A stretch of 64,000 nt of DNA, from positions 1 through 64,000 of the forward strand of contig JBCBJQ010000023.1 of assembly GCA_038523235.1 (NCBI GenBank), read 5' to 3'. This stretch comes from Cyanobacteria bacterium J06626_4. GTDB taxonomy: Bacteria > Cyanobacteriota > Cyanobacteriia > Phormidesmidales > Phormidesmidaceae. The notes under the pieces are model-generated. The model worked only from the letters and a program-made list of their open reading frames with translations. It did not search any database and was not told where the DNA came from. Shown here in pieces: positions 52,020 to 63,429 of the stretch (positions within the stretch are counted from its first letter, which is position 1; each line of letters starts with the position of its first letter). A program made the translations under genes and the position numbers.

Positions 52020-53213
52020 TTAAGTCTGCGGATTCCAGGTGTCTTGGGAAAGAAAGGCGCGATCGCGGGCCAGGGGCGCGACCGGTTGCGTCAGTTCAAA
52101 CTGGCCAGTGGTGAGCCAATCTTTGAGTTCGCTGGCTACCTGCCGCGACAGGTAAATGCTGGCCAGGGGCGCCGTGCGGACTTTTTGGCCATTGAGGATG
52201 AGCTGACCTGATTTTAGCTGGGCATAGCTGACCAGCCCAAAGGTGGGGCGCACCCGCCGGGGAATCGAGAAATCCATCACGGGGGCGACCAAATCTTGAT
52301 CTTGCACGGCGCAGTGGGTGGCGATCCGTTCGTTGAGGAGGGGAATCGCCACGCCTACCCCGAGCATTAGAGAAGGGCCATACCCCTTGAAATAACAGCC
52401 TCGCACCCATTGGGGCTGCATCTGTTTGGCATCGCCAATCAAGGCCAGCGTGGCGGCGGGGCCGATCGGCGTCTGATTGGGCAAGCGCCGCTGTTTAGGA
52501 AAATGCTGCGTGCCTTCCCACGCGATGTAGCCGACCCCGCCGCCTAAAAAGATGCGACTGCCGATGCCGACGACATTGAGTTCTGGGTCATTCATCAGGG
52601 GGGACAGTGCCCCCGAGTTGGCATAAACGGCATTACCCAGGTTGGGCTGTAGGGGTCCTAAATAGGTGGCCAACGGGCGATCGCCGCCGTTGACCCCAAC
52701 GATGAAATTTTGATAGAGGTTGCGCGGATTAAACAGATAAAACTGGTTGATCGTCTCGCGGGTAATGGTGTTTGCTAATTGACCGCGGGGATAGCAATCG
52801 GTGACCTGTCCCGTCGCCTGTAATGGCAAGGCTTTGCCCGCAATCAAATCAGCGATGACATGACCGCCGCCGCGCTCCCGCAGCGGACTGCTATCGTTGG
52901 GGCTGTTCTCGGTGGCTTGACCGGCCCCAATATATAGATCAACCGCGCCAAAGCCGGCATAGGCGGGCACTCCGTCGATGCGGCAGTCACGAATCTTGAT
53001 GGGCGGGTCGGTATGGCCGAGGTTGAGCATCGCCCCGGAAGATTCCATCGGCTCGAAGGTGCCGGTGGTGACGATATCCACCGCCTCAAAGGCGGCTGTG
53101 ACCCCCACCTCAGCGGCCCGCGCTTTAAAGACTTCAGCCGTTTCGACGACGATGGTTTGGCGATGAATGCGCTCGTTAATGGCGTCGAGGGTGCGGTGAG
53201 TTGGCATGGCCAT
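52020..53213 (-). CDS. homocysteine biosynthesis protein (DUF39, aspartate-semialdehyde sulfurtransferase-like)
   Basis: DIVTTGTFEPMESSGA, GGGHVI, TDCYPR, NPRNLYQN, WEGTQH. Confidence 0.85.
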   Translation of the reverse strand: MAMPTHRTLDAINERIHRQTIVVETAEVFKARAAEVGVTAAFEAVDIVTTGTFEPMESSGAMLNLGHTDPPIKIRDCRIDGVPAYAGFGAVDLYIGAGQATENSPNDSSPLRERGGGHVIADLIAGKALPLQATGQVTDCYPRGQLANTITRETINQFYLFNPRNLYQNFIVGVNGGDRPLATYLGPLQPNLGNAVYANSGALSPLMNDPELNVVGIGSRIFLGGGVGYIAWEGTQHFPKQRRLPNQTPIGPAATLALIGDAKQMQPQWVRGCYFKGYGPSLMLGVGVAIPLLNERIATHCAVQDQDLVAPVMDFSIPRRVRPTFGLVSYAQLKSGQLILNGQKVRTAPLASIYLSRQVASELKDWLTTGQFELTQPVAPLARDRAFLSQDTWNPQT

Positions 53214-53294
53214 ACCAGTTCTCTGAAAAAAGACTATCAATCTAGCCCTGGCCCCTGGCTGCCCGACGTTTGCCAGATTGCCTAGGGAGTCCGA

Positions 53295-53507
53295 TTACTG
53301 AGAATGGGTATTCGCAGTCCACAGTCGCCAGGCTAGAAAAGCCCCTAACAGCAGGGAAGGGGTTAGCACTAGGGCCAAACTGACGGCGTTGGTGGCCGGA
53401 ATCGCGAGGCGCGGTGCCAGGATTTTAAACGCGATCGCAATTAGAGTCGAGAGCCCGATCACCTTCGCCACAAAACCGATTTGAGCCGTCCCGGTTGGTT
53501 GACTCAT
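53295..53507 (-). CDS. small two-TM membrane protein
   Basis: Start overlaps the prmA stop; two hydrophobic helices. Confidence 0.7.
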   Translation of the reverse strand: MSQPTGTAQIGFVAKVIGLSTLIAIAFKILAPRLAIPATNAVSLALVLTPSLLLGAFLAWRLWTANTHSQ

Positions 53508-54397
53508 CCGGCTCGCCTAATGTTGAGACAACACCATTCCTGGCGTCGCCAGAGCGTCGCCACTACCCAGCCATGCTGTTCCAGGGTGTCGGCGACCAGC
53601 TTCGACTGCTCTAGCAAAATGCCACTGAGAATGCCCCAGGTCTGCGGATGGGCAATTTCTCCCAGCTGCGGAATCAGGTCAACAATCACCTCTGCCAAAA
53701 TATTGCAGAGAATGCCATCAACCGGCTCTGATAGTGTTGCCATCAGCGTTTCGAGGCTGCCCTGCTGCACGTTGATGTCGTTGGCGGTGAGCTGGTTGAG
53801 GGCGGCGTTTTCGGCGGTGGCCTGCACCGCCAGCGTATCAATATCGACCGCATAGGAGCGCGTGACCCCCAGCAGCAGTGCCCCAATCGACAGGATGCCT
53901 GAGCCACAGCCAATGTCGGCGACCACGCGACTGGCGTCATCGCTGCCGACGCGCATCTCTAACGATTCTAAGCAGAGCTGGGTAGTGGCATGGGTGCCGG
54001 TGCCAAAGGCTGCGCCCGGGTCGAGCTGCAGCACGAGCCGCTCCGTTTCGGCGGGCACGGTTAGCCAAGCTGGATTAATGAGGAAGCGATCGCCAATCGG
54101 CTGGGGTGCCCAGTGATCTTTCCAGCTTTTGGCCCAGTCTTCGTCTTCGATTAGCTGCCAGGTTGTCTTGGGATTAGGGAGCTGAGCGCAGAGGGCATCT
54201 TGGCGGATGCGCAGGGCCATCGCGGCGACATCTAACAGCTCAAAATCGACTTGGGGAAAATAGGCTTGTACCTGTCGCTGTTTATTACGCCGCTGACTGA
54301 CCGTACCGTGACCGCCGAAGGTCTCAAACCGCCAAAAAACGGTATCCTCCAAAGCCGGATCACACAGAACCTGAATCTCCCACCAGCTATTAACCAA
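53504..54397 (-). CDS. prmA: ribosomal protein L11 methyltransferase
   Basis: [31 protein letters not shown]. Confidence 0.93.
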   Translation of the reverse strand: MVNSWWEIQVLCDPALEDTVFWRFETFGGHGTVSQRRNKQRQVQAYFPQVDFELLDVAAMALRIRQDALCAQLPNPKTTWQLIEDEDWAKSWKDHWAPQPIGDRFLINPAWLTVPAETERLVLQLDPGAAFGTGTHATTQLCLESLEMRVGSDDASRVVADIGCGSGILSIGALLLGVTRSYAVDIDTLAVQATAENAALNQLTANDINVQQGSLETLMATLSEPVDGILCNILAEVIVDLIPQLGEIAHPQTWGILSGILLEQSKLVADTLEQHGWVVATLWRRQEWCCLNIRRAG

Positions 54398-54458
54398 AGT
54401 GCTCGACTATCTCCAAACAGCAGCGATCGCCCGACCGATTCTTCCTCAAGCCATGCCC

Positions 54459-56039
54459 TTACAGATCCACAGTATAGGCATCTCGAATGCCCGGCACCTT
54501 GGTGATTTCATCCAAAATGCCTTCCGGCAGCGGGTCATCAATACTCAATACCATCACCGCATCCCCCCGCACAATCTTGCGCCCGACCTGCATGCTGGCG
54601 ATGTTGACGTTAAAGCTGCCGAGCAGCGACCCAATCTTGCCGATGATACCGGGCATATCCCGGTGCAGCGTGAATAGCATGTGGTCGGTTGGCGGCACGT
54701 TGATTGGAAACTCATCAATATCGGTGACCCGAATTTCGCTACCGCCGAGCAGCACCCCGCTGACCGAATGCTCGCCCAGAGAGCCCATGGCCGTCAGCCG
54801 TAGGGAACCGGTGTAGTCCTTAATGTCGGTGTCGCGGGTTTCAATCACGTGAATGCCGCGCTCTTTGGCCTCAATATTGGCGTTTACATAATTCACACGC
54901 TCTTGCAGCGCGTGGGACAACAATCCTTTCAGCGCCGCAATTACCACCGGCTGGCTATCCTTCTGCGCTAGCTCGCCCTGCATCTGCACGTTGAGCGACT
55001 CGACCCGGCCCCCGGCGAGCTGCCCCACCAAATTGCCTAGCGTTTCGGCGAGCTGCAGATAAGGCCGCATCTGCTCCATGACTTCTGCCCGCAAACCGGG
55101 AATGTTGACCGCCGATCGCGCTGGGAGCCCCAGCAGCACGTCGCGAATTTGTTCCGCCACGTCGGTGGCCACATTCACTTGAGCCTCCTCTGTTGACGCG
55201 CCCAAGTGTGGCGTGAGAATGATCTTGCGGTCTAAGGTCCGCAGCGGCGACTCACCCAATGGCTCTTCGGCATACACATCTAAGGCAGCTCCGGCGATTT
55301 CGTCTTCGCTGAGGGCCTGAGCTAGCGCCACTTCGTCAATAATGCCGCCCCGCGCACAGTTGATTAGGCGGGCCGTGGGTTTCATGGCTGCCAGGGTTTT
55401 GGCGTTGACAATATTGGCCGTTTCAGGAGTTTTGGGCAGGTGCAGCGTAATGTAATCCGCCTCTCGAAACAGCAAATCAATATCGACCAGACGACAGCCT
55501 AGCTTCTCTGCTCGGTCAACGGAAATGAAGGGGTCATAGGCCAAGAGCTTCATGCCCATGGCGCGGGCCACCGTCGCGACGTGGGAGCCAATTTTGCCCA
55601 AGCCCACGACGCCCAGGGTTTTTTTATAGACTTCCACGCCGGTAAAAGCTTTGCGGTTCCAGTTGCCTTCTTTAACTGACTTATCGGCGACGGGAATATA
55701 GCGCGATAGCGATAGCATCATGGCCAGGGCATGCTCGGCGGCCGCGATGGTGTTGCCCTCTGGCGAATTCACCACGACGATGCCACGGCGCGTGGCCGCA
55801 GGCACGTCCACATTGTCAACGCCGACGCCTGCCCGGCCAATAATTTTGAGGTTTTGACCGGCTTCAATCACGTCTTTGGTGACCTTGGTGCCCGAGCGAA
55901 TCATGAGGGCATCGTATTCACCCACAATCTTGACCAGCTCTTCGGGCGGCAGTTTGGTCTGCACATCAACCTGGGCGACTTGCGACAAGATGTCGAGGCC
56001 AGCTTGGTCGATGGGGTCGGATACGAGAACCTTGGGCAT
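54459..56039 (-). CDS. serA: D-3-phosphoglycerate dehydrogenase
   Basis: [35 protein letters not shown] and C-terminal ACT domain. Confidence 0.95.
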   Translation of the reverse strand: MPKVLVSDPIDQAGLDILSQVAQVDVQTKLPPEELVKIVGEYDALMIRSGTKVTKDVIEAGQNLKIIGRAGVGVDNVDVPAATRRGIVVVNSPEGNTIAAAEHALAMMLSLSRYIPVADKSVKEGNWNRKAFTGVEVYKKTLGVVGLGKIGSHVATVARAMGMKLLAYDPFISVDRAEKLGCRLVDIDLLFREADYITLHLPKTPETANIVNAKTLAAMKPTARLINCARGGIIDEVALAQALSEDEIAGAALDVYAEEPLGESPLRTLDRKIILTPHLGASTEEAQVNVATDVAEQIRDVLLGLPARSAVNIPGLRAEVMEQMRPYLQLAETLGNLVGQLAGGRVESLNVQMQGELAQKDSQPVVIAALKGLLSHALQERVNYVNANIEAKERGIHVIETRDTDIKDYTGSLRLTAMGSLGEHSVSGVLLGGSEIRVTDIDEFPINVPPTDHMLFTLHRDMPGIIGKIGSLLGSFNVNIASMQVGRKIVRGDAVMVLSIDDPLPEGILDEITKVPGIRDAYTVDL

Positions 56040-56340
56040 AGTGCTGTCAGGGATAAAGAATGAGGGCTGTGGAGTCGGAAAAATGACTCAACTGGCGGGT
56101 TTTCAAACTGCTCATGGAAGCGGCTGAAAATCAGTTGCTGCAGGAATTTTCCAGGTGTCATTTTACTCTATGACCGCAACCCCGACACGGCGGATACTCA
56201 GCGCCATGGTCAATCAGGGGCGGCAGTGAGGCTGGCCGCATCGAGTTTGCTGCCTTGACCTGATGCGGGGGAGCGATCGCGGTCAGAACCAAGCTCAAAG
56301 CGGTGGGCAGCGCTTTGGCGACCGGCTAGAAGGGGGCATT

Positions 56341-57537
56341 TTAGGCCTCACCAAACGTCTCAAACAGGTTGACCAAGACCACATTAGAAAACAGAAATCC
56401 TTCGGGATCGGTGAATTGAACCACGGGGGCCGGGGGCTCGGTAATCGACACCCACTGCTGCTGTTGATAAGGCTTTAGACAATCGCGCAGACGCTCGACT
56501 CGATCACGACCAAACTCTTGGGTCAAAGTCTCTAAATTTAACCCTTCACTCAGCCGCAACCCCATCATCAGGCGATCCAGCCAGCGATCGTTCAGCGTCG
56601 CCGCTGCTCCGGGCAAGTTTGCCGCCGGATGGCTGGCCGCACAGTATTGGTCTACCCAGGCTTCATAGGCGTGGGTAGTGCGCGGTCGCTGCCAGCGCTG
56701 CTGCTGCAGATAGCTGGCGGCCCCCATGCCGAAGCCGTAAAAGGGCCGGTTTTCCCAATAGACGCGGTTGTGCTGGCACTGATAGGTGGGGCGGGCGTAG
56801 TTGGAGATTTCGTAGTGCTGATAGCCCGCCTGAGTCAGGCGCTGTTGGGCCAAGCGATACATCTCGGTGGTTAGCTCATCGCTAGGTAACGGCGACTGCC
56901 CGGCGCGGTAGCGATGGTGAAACACGGTGCCCGGCTCCACGGTGAGATCGTAGACCGAGAGATGGGGCGGCGCGTAGGCGATCGCCTGTGCCAGCGCTTC
57001 CGTCCAGTCTGCCAGGGTTTGATGGGGCAAGCCCGAGATCAAATCGAGGCTCCAGGCGGGCATCTGCACCGCTGTTAGATCGGCAATCGCCTGATGCACG
57101 TCCTGGAGGCGGTGGGTGCGGCCACAGGCGGCGAGCTGTTCGTCATTAAATGCCTGCACGCCCAAACTGACGCGATTGATCCCGACTTGCTGTAGCGATC
57201 GCAGTCCATCGCGGGTAAAGGTGCCCGGATCCATTTCCATTGAAATTTCCGCTGTCGCAGCCAGCCCAAACTGAGCGGTCAGCGTCGTCAAAATTTGCTC
57301 TACCTGAGCGATGGCCAACAGTGAGGGCGTGCCCCCGCCAAAAAAGACTGTCTGCAAGGGCTCACCGATAGCAGGCGTGGCGCGAATTTCTCGACAAAGG
57401 GTGTCGACATAGGTCTGGATGCGGGGTGATGTCTCCCCCCGCGCACGATCGCCCGCCACCGCGATCGGAAAGTCGCAGTAAAAACAGCGGCGGCGACAAA
57501 ACGGAATGTGAATGTAGGCGGACTGGGGCCGGTGCAT
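56341..57537 (-). CDS. hemW: radical SAM heme chaperone
   Basis: YIHIPFCRRRCFYCDF, FFGGGTPS, HYEISNY, HNRVYW. Confidence 0.92.
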   Translation of the reverse strand: MHRPQSAYIHIPFCRRRCFYCDFPIAVAGDRARGETSPRIQTYVDTLCREIRATPAIGEPLQTVFFGGGTPSLLAIAQVEQILTTLTAQFGLAATAEISMEMDPGTFTRDGLRSLQQVGINRVSLGVQAFNDEQLAACGRTHRLQDVHQAIADLTAVQMPAWSLDLISGLPHQTLADWTEALAQAIAYAPPHLSVYDLTVEPGTVFHHRYRAGQSPLPSDELTTEMYRLAQQRLTQAGYQHYEISNYARPTYQCQHNRVYWENRPFYGFGMGAASYLQQQRWQRPRTTHAYEAWVDQYCAASHPAANLPGAAATLNDRWLDRLMMGLRLSEGLNLETLTQEFGRDRVERLRDCLKPYQQQQWVSITEPPAPVVQFTDPEGFLFSNVVLVNLFETFGEA

Positions 57538-57660
57538 CGGTAAGAGAAGTTGAGGAGACAGACCTTGAGTTAAACCACATCGGTTGGGAAAACCCCGGTT
57601 TTGGGCTGCCGAGGCAACCTCTCCTCTCTTTATGAAGAAGAGGCTCCGAAGTATTCTTAA

Positions 57661-57897
57661 ACCTCTCCTTGTGAAGGCTGCCGCTTATACACATCTCTAG
57701 GGCTCAGCGAAAAGGCTGATCCCCCGCTGTCGCTGCCCCCTTAAAAAGGGGGCTCTGTCCAAATTCAAACCTGGATTTCCCCCTTTTTCTACGCGCAGCC
57801 ATGCCCGCAGGGCTTTAGGGGGATTAAGGGAGATCTAGCCCAATGCATGGGCCAAAGAATAACTTATGTATAAGCCGTAGCCTTCACAAGGAGAGGT
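57661..57897. mobile_element. nested repeat: 19-bp perfect inverted repeat enclosing a ~190-bp MITE-like insert
   Basis: acctctccttgtgaaggct (57661-57679) / agccttcacaaggagaggt (57879-57897); inner ends cttatac / gtataag, each flanked by CCG. Confidence 0.7.
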
Positions 57898-57954
57898 ACC
57901 GCAGGCGGTGAGGTTCAGTTCGAAAGACCTTTCGCAAACCTGACATACCCCCCG

Positions 57955-59037
57955 CTAAGTCGCGAGGACAGAATCTTTAGGACGCGCAAAGATCATGCGC
58001 CCGGCCGAGGTTTGCAGCGAGCCCGTGACCACGACATCAATTTCGCCGCCAATAAATTCGCGACCTTCCTCCACGACGACCATCGTGCCATCGGTGAGAT
58101 ATCCCACCCCCTGCTGCGGTTCCTTACCTTCCTTCACGATTCTCAAGCCCATATCATCGCCGGGCAAAAAGTTAGGCCGAATCGCCTTGGATAGCTCATT
58201 GATATTGAGCACTTCGACTTCTTGAAAGCTCGCGACTTTGTTGAGGTTAAAGTCGTTGGTAAGCAGCATCGCATTCAGCTCTTGAGCCAGCCGGACCAGC
58301 TTGGCATCTACGGTCGGAATCTCGTCATAATCCATCGAGGTGATGACGACACGGCTGGGATAGGTTTCGCGAATGCGGTTGAGCACGTCTAACCCGCGTC
58401 TGCCGCGAATGCGCTTTTGGTCGTTAGAGGCGTCGGCCACCTGCTGCAGCTCTTGCAGCACAAACTGCGGCACCAACACCTGCCCTTCTAAAAAGCTGGT
58501 TTCTAACAGGCCCTCAATGCGGCCATCAATGATGCAGCTGGTATCCAGTAGTTTAGTTTTCGCAGGCTTGAGAGTGCCCTCGGCCACCAGCGTCGATTCC
58601 ATCGTGCCGGGACTCACCAACCGCAGCAGCGATCGCCCATGGGTATCAGCCAGATTCATGCCCGAGACGGCAAAAATTACGCTGCCCATGACGGCCAATA
58701 GCGGTTTGATGAACCCAAACTCACCGGGGATCGGCAGCAAAAACAGTGGGGCCAACATCAGGTTGGCAATCAGCAGTCCGACCACTAAGCCCGCCGCGCG
58801 ACTCAGCAGGCGATCCGGTGGTAGATCTCGCACTTGGGTTTCTAACCGGCGATAGCTGGTCTGCATAACTAGGCCGACGCCAGTGCCAATGAGCGCACCA
58901 AATACCGCCGTGACTGAGCTCAGACCTTCTAGACTGTTGACCTCTTTGAGGGTGGCTGCCGGGAGGAGCTCAGGGGCATAAAAGCCGATACCGGCTCCGG
59001 CAATCACAAAGGAAAATAGGATGAGTGCATCTAGCAT
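57955..59037 (-). CDS. PIN/TRAM domain membrane protein (YacL-like)
   Basis: LDTSCIIDGRI, RGRRGLD, VDAKL, TNDFNL, GKEPQQGVGYL.DGTMVVVE. Confidence 0.9.
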   Translation of the reverse strand: MLDALILFSFVIAGAGIGFYAPELLPAATLKEVNSLEGLSSVTAVFGALIGTGVGLVMQTSYRRLETQVRDLPPDRLLSRAAGLVVGLLIANLMLAPLFLLPIPGEFGFIKPLLAVMGSVIFAVSGMNLADTHGRSLLRLVSPGTMESTLVAEGTLKPAKTKLLDTSCIIDGRIEGLLETSFLEGQVLVPQFVLQELQQVADASNDQKRIRGRRGLDVLNRIRETYPSRVVITSMDYDEIPTVDAKLVRLAQELNAMLLTNDFNLNKVASFQEVEVLNINELSKAIRPNFLPGDDMGLRIVKEGKEPQQGVGYLTDGTMVVVEEGREFIGGEIDVVVTGSLQTSAGRMIFARPKDSVLAT

Positions 59038-59712
59038 GATGACAAGCCATGACGGCTGAGAAAGGTATGGGGTATGTATCCGTAAAGTCCTACCTCTAAA
59101 GTAAGACATCGAGCTAATGTAGCAGACAAACCAGCGCCCGCCGCTAAAGCACAGGAGGTTCTTTTGATTGGGGGCTGAGCCCTCTGGCCTGACGCTACCG
59201 ATTCAGATTGTTTTGATGTCTAATTCGATGCAAATTTTCACACTTCTACGATGAGATTTTGACTTTGGTGAATGGGCGGCATCGGGCCGGGTAGAAAATC
59301 GCGCGGTTGGAAAACCGGTCTGCTCCCGGCGCTGTGAAGGTTGAGCACCCTCTCCTCTCTATTCTGTGGCCAGCGTGAAACCCTGGCTGGGGTTACGGGT
59401 CGAATTAACCGTCCGAATTGGGCTGATTGCCGTAGGTGGGGAAGGCAGAGGGCGATCGCGATCGCTCCTCAAGCCGTCTCATCGCCGAACTGGCCTAAAA
59501 GTCTCTGTGCCCTAGTTCTCCTAATTGACTTGAAAATTGCGGTGAATGCTGGTTGAACCGAATGCCCTATGCTCAAAGCGTCTTCACAGGAGCAAGCCTA
59601 ACAGTAGCCAACGGATTGGTGAATTGCGCTAACGCGGCATCTAACCAACGGATGGATGCGGTACAGAACACTAATGTCACAATGGGGAAAGCACTTTGTC
59701 AGAGGGAGAACG

Positions 59713-59823
59713 ATGCCCAAAGAAAAAAACTATTCTTGGAAAGGTAGCCCCAATGCGGGCCTCGTATTGGCCCTAATTGCTCTGGGAGCGGGAGTGCTAC
59801 TCATTCTCGCTGGATTTAGCTAA
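59713..59823 (+). CDS. 36-aa single-TM microprotein MPKEKNYSWKGSPNAGLVLALIALGAGVLLILAGFS
   Basis: GAGGGAG RBS before the ATG; basic N-terminus followed by a ~19-residue hydrophobic helix; downstream terminator; below the 60-aa cutoff of the ORF track. Confidence 0.65.
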   Translation: MPKEKNYSWKGSPNAGLVLALIALGAGVLLILAGFS

Positions 59824-59917
59824 CCCCTCAAATGACCCCAACGGCAGCTGCGCCTCGTGTCTGTGCCTTTGTTACTGCCGTCTGCGAGTTGTCTGCCTGT
59901 CTATCAATCCCGAAAAG

Positions 59918-59962
59918 AAAGCCTCTGGATTCCCTGATCTGTCAGGAATCCAGAGGCTTTTT
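59918..59962 (+). terminator. rho-independent (possibly bidirectional) terminator
   Basis: AAAGCCTCTGGATTCC-11 nt-GGAATCCAGAGGCTTT-TT. Confidence 0.8.
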
Positions 59963-59989
59963 AAAAGTGCCGATCGATTGCCCGACGGC

Positions 59990-60145
59990 AACTTACTGAG
60001 TTCGGGATAAGGGCAGGAAGCACGCTTACCCGCAGGGTGCCCCAAGCGAGGTGTGCTGATCCTCCCGCTGAGCGTGGTTCAATCCACCCCATTCGCCCCT
60101 CCCCAGAGGGAACAGAAACGGGGTTTGGCCTGACCCGAACTGGCG

Positions 60146-60147
<2 letters not shown>
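59990..60147 (-). mobile_element. internally shortened MITE family Y copy
   Basis: ctgagttcgggataagggc ... cccgaactggcgtt; reverse complement aligns with 36007-36191. Confidence 0.78.
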
Positions 60148-61186
<1,039 letters not shown>

Positions 61187-61402
61187 GATTTAAATACCCA
61201 CGTGTAAACAAAAATTGGCAAAAAGAGCTGTGAGCCTTCAAAAAGTGAAGCCTCGGCTTAAAAACAGTCAGGTTGTGCAAAAGAGCGATCGCTGACGGCA
61301 GTATGCCTGCCCCTTTGAAGCTATTGACCGAAAAAGTTTGCTGGGGTTCCCCAAAACAACTCGGTGTTATGAGTGTTTAATCAGGCATGGGATTTGCGGA
61401 AC

Positions 61403-61840
61403 CTACGGAAGCGAGTTTTCGTCTGTATGGGGCCAAAACTGTCGCAAAATTGCTTGGGGCGATCGATCCCAGGTGTCGCGATGATCGTAAATCTGGCCTG
61501 CCTGATTGAGTGTGTAGAGCGAATACCCGTTGAACAACAGCGGCGGTCGCCAGGGCAATCGCAGGGTGCCGCGCACCGTCCAATCGGCGCGAATTACGCC
61601 GTCTTGCTCAACCCGCACATCGTGCAGATCAAAGTGTAGGTCGCTGAAGAACAGCCCGCCGTGAAATCGCAGCGTCCAAAAAATGATGCGGTAGTTCAAC
61701 TTGCCCTTGAACTGATTGACCGGATCTTTGAAAAAGATATCGCGCGTGTAGATGTCGTAGGAAATGTCGCGCTCGAACAGCGTAGGCAAATCGCGACGCA
61801 AGGTTTCTAAAATGGGGTCGTAATTCAGCTCGATCGCCAT
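61403..61840 (-). CDS. DUF2358 (NTF2/SnoaL-like) protein
   Basis: YDIYTRDIFFKDPVNQFKG...W...LPW...HRDTW. Confidence 0.85.
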   Translation of the reverse strand: MAIELNYDPILETLRRDLPTLFERDISYDIYTRDIFFKDPVNQFKGKLNYRIIFWTLRFHGGLFFSDLHFDLHDVRVEQDGVIRADWTVRGTLRLPWRPPLLFNGYSLYTLNQAGQIYDHRDTWDRSPQAILRQFWPHTDENSLP

Positions 61841-61925
61841 AGTTTCCGCCAGGGTTCCGTTAAACTGCTGATGAGCCTGATGAGCGCTCTGTCTTCATCT
61901 CTATCCTGTCCTCATCCTTAATTCT

Positions 61926-62447
61926 ATGGTCACGGCATTCCAGACCGTTGTGCTGTCGAGCCTCTTCGCAGCCCTCATCTTTTTCGGATTCCCCCAACCT
62001 GCCCACGCTGAGACTTCACCTATGATTGCTGCACTACCCGGATTCAAAGCTTTGTTTGGCGGTACTCGCCCCAGCGATATCGGCGTTAAAGAAGGCCAGC
62101 TAAAGGCCTGCCCGAAAAGCCCGAACTGTGTGGTGAGCCAGGGCGATACCGACGCCGAGCATGCGATCGCGCCCCTCAGCTACACCGGTGATGCCGCCGC
62201 CGCTATGACTGCCCTGCGCCAGGTGATCGAAGCGCAGGATGGCAGCGAAGTGATCGAGCAAACCGACACCTATCTCTACGCTGAGTTCACCTCGAAGCTG
62301 ATGGGCTATGTCGATGATGTGGAGTTTTATCTGCCGCCGGATGCCGCCGGTACGGTTCACGTGCGATCGGCCGCGCGGCTAGGCCAGTCTGATCTGGGCG
62401 TGAATCGCAAGCGCATTGAAGCGATTCGGTCGGCTTTTTCCGCCTAG
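61926..62447 (+). CDS. DUF1499 domain protein
   Basis: CPKSPNCVVSQ, GYVDDVEF, RSAARLGQSDLGVNRKR. Confidence 0.88.
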   Translation: MVTAFQTVVLSSLFAALIFFGFPQPAHAETSPMIAALPGFKALFGGTRPSDIGVKEGQLKACPKSPNCVVSQGDTDAEHAIAPLSYTGDAAAAMTALRQVIEAQDGSEVIEQTDTYLYAEFTSKLMGYVDDVEFYLPPDAAGTVHVRSAARLGQSDLGVNRKRIEAIRSAFSA

Positions 62448-62835
62448 CTGCTGAGAACTTAGGAGATTTCTAGCAAAAACGATACCCGTAGGGGCCGGTT
62501 TTGTGGATGCCCTGTCGCCATTAAATTAAGGCTGCTAGCGGGTGAACGAAAAAAAGCGCGGTGTCTGGATCTTGGGGAAGGTCGATCCCGATTTTTAGAC
62601 GACCTGATCGAAAAAGAAAACCCGTTGGGTAGGCTTCCTAGCCTGCCCCCGCCCAACCTGTTTGCGGTGCCTCAACTAGACTGCTCAGGAACGGCCAGGA
62701 TGGCCAGCAAACCTGCTCGGTATCGGCTGGGGCGTAAGCTGGGGCCGGCACTGGGGGAGGTGACGGGCATGAGTAAGAAGCGCGCGGAAAATTTCGCTAG
62801 CTAAACCTGCCCTTGCAGCATCGGTATATGCTTTC

Positions 62836-63324
62836 TCAGAAATTGCCTTCGGCCTCTGTCTTATTAGCGTCTCGGCAGATTGGCCTAAGTATCTGAGGCT
62901 GATCGATCGCGATCGCTAACTCGCGGTACCCCGTTTGCTCATCGGCTAATCGCTGAAAGCGCAGGCCCGGCAGCGCCCCCACGACGATTTCGGCGGTGGT
63001 GTAGATCCGACAGCCCGGCATCAGGTGTCCGCCCCACAGCTGCCCCTGGGCATTGGCGATCGCCAGATGCAGGTGCAGGCCCGCGACCGACAGCGTCCCC
63101 ACTAGAGAAACAATCTCAAAGCGCTCCGGCAGCACCGTCGGGGTGGCTTGTCCGGCAAAGCGCAGTTGAGCCACAGTGAGGCTGCCCACCGCCGTCAAGA
63201 TGCAGGCGGCGGCGAGCTGCTGCTGCTGCGTAAAGGTTTGTAGGCTGATTTTGAGGTCGGCATCCGGGGGGAGGCGCAACGCATAGGGCGTCAGACCGGT
63301 AGATGCAAAGGCGCTGTCTGTCAT
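62836..63324 (-). CDS. PPC (DUF296) domain protein
   Basis: LRLPPDADL, VGSL, FEIVSLVGT, HLHLAI, GGHL, TTAEIV. Confidence 0.88.
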   Translation of the reverse strand: MTDSAFASTGLTPYALRLPPDADLKISLQTFTQQQQLAAACILTAVGSLTVAQLRFAGQATPTVLPERFEIVSLVGTLSVAGLHLHLAIANAQGQLWGGHLMPGCRIYTTAEIVVGALPGLRFQRLADEQTGYRELAIAIDQPQILRPICRDANKTEAEGNF

Positions 63325-63429
63325 GGATAATGCTGAGTGCGAGAGATTACCCTGTCCTGTCAGACGTTTACTGTAACGTCTGTGTCATCTACTAACCCCC
63401 GTGAGGCCGTGAACATCGTGCTGGAGACA

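Noticed and set aside
62488..62816. REP-like ends (gtaggggccggttt / aaacctgcccttgc) enclosing a long stop-free frame
   Set aside because: Ends match only 11 of 14 bases, the frame has no start near its 5' end and no recognisable homology; too weak to call.
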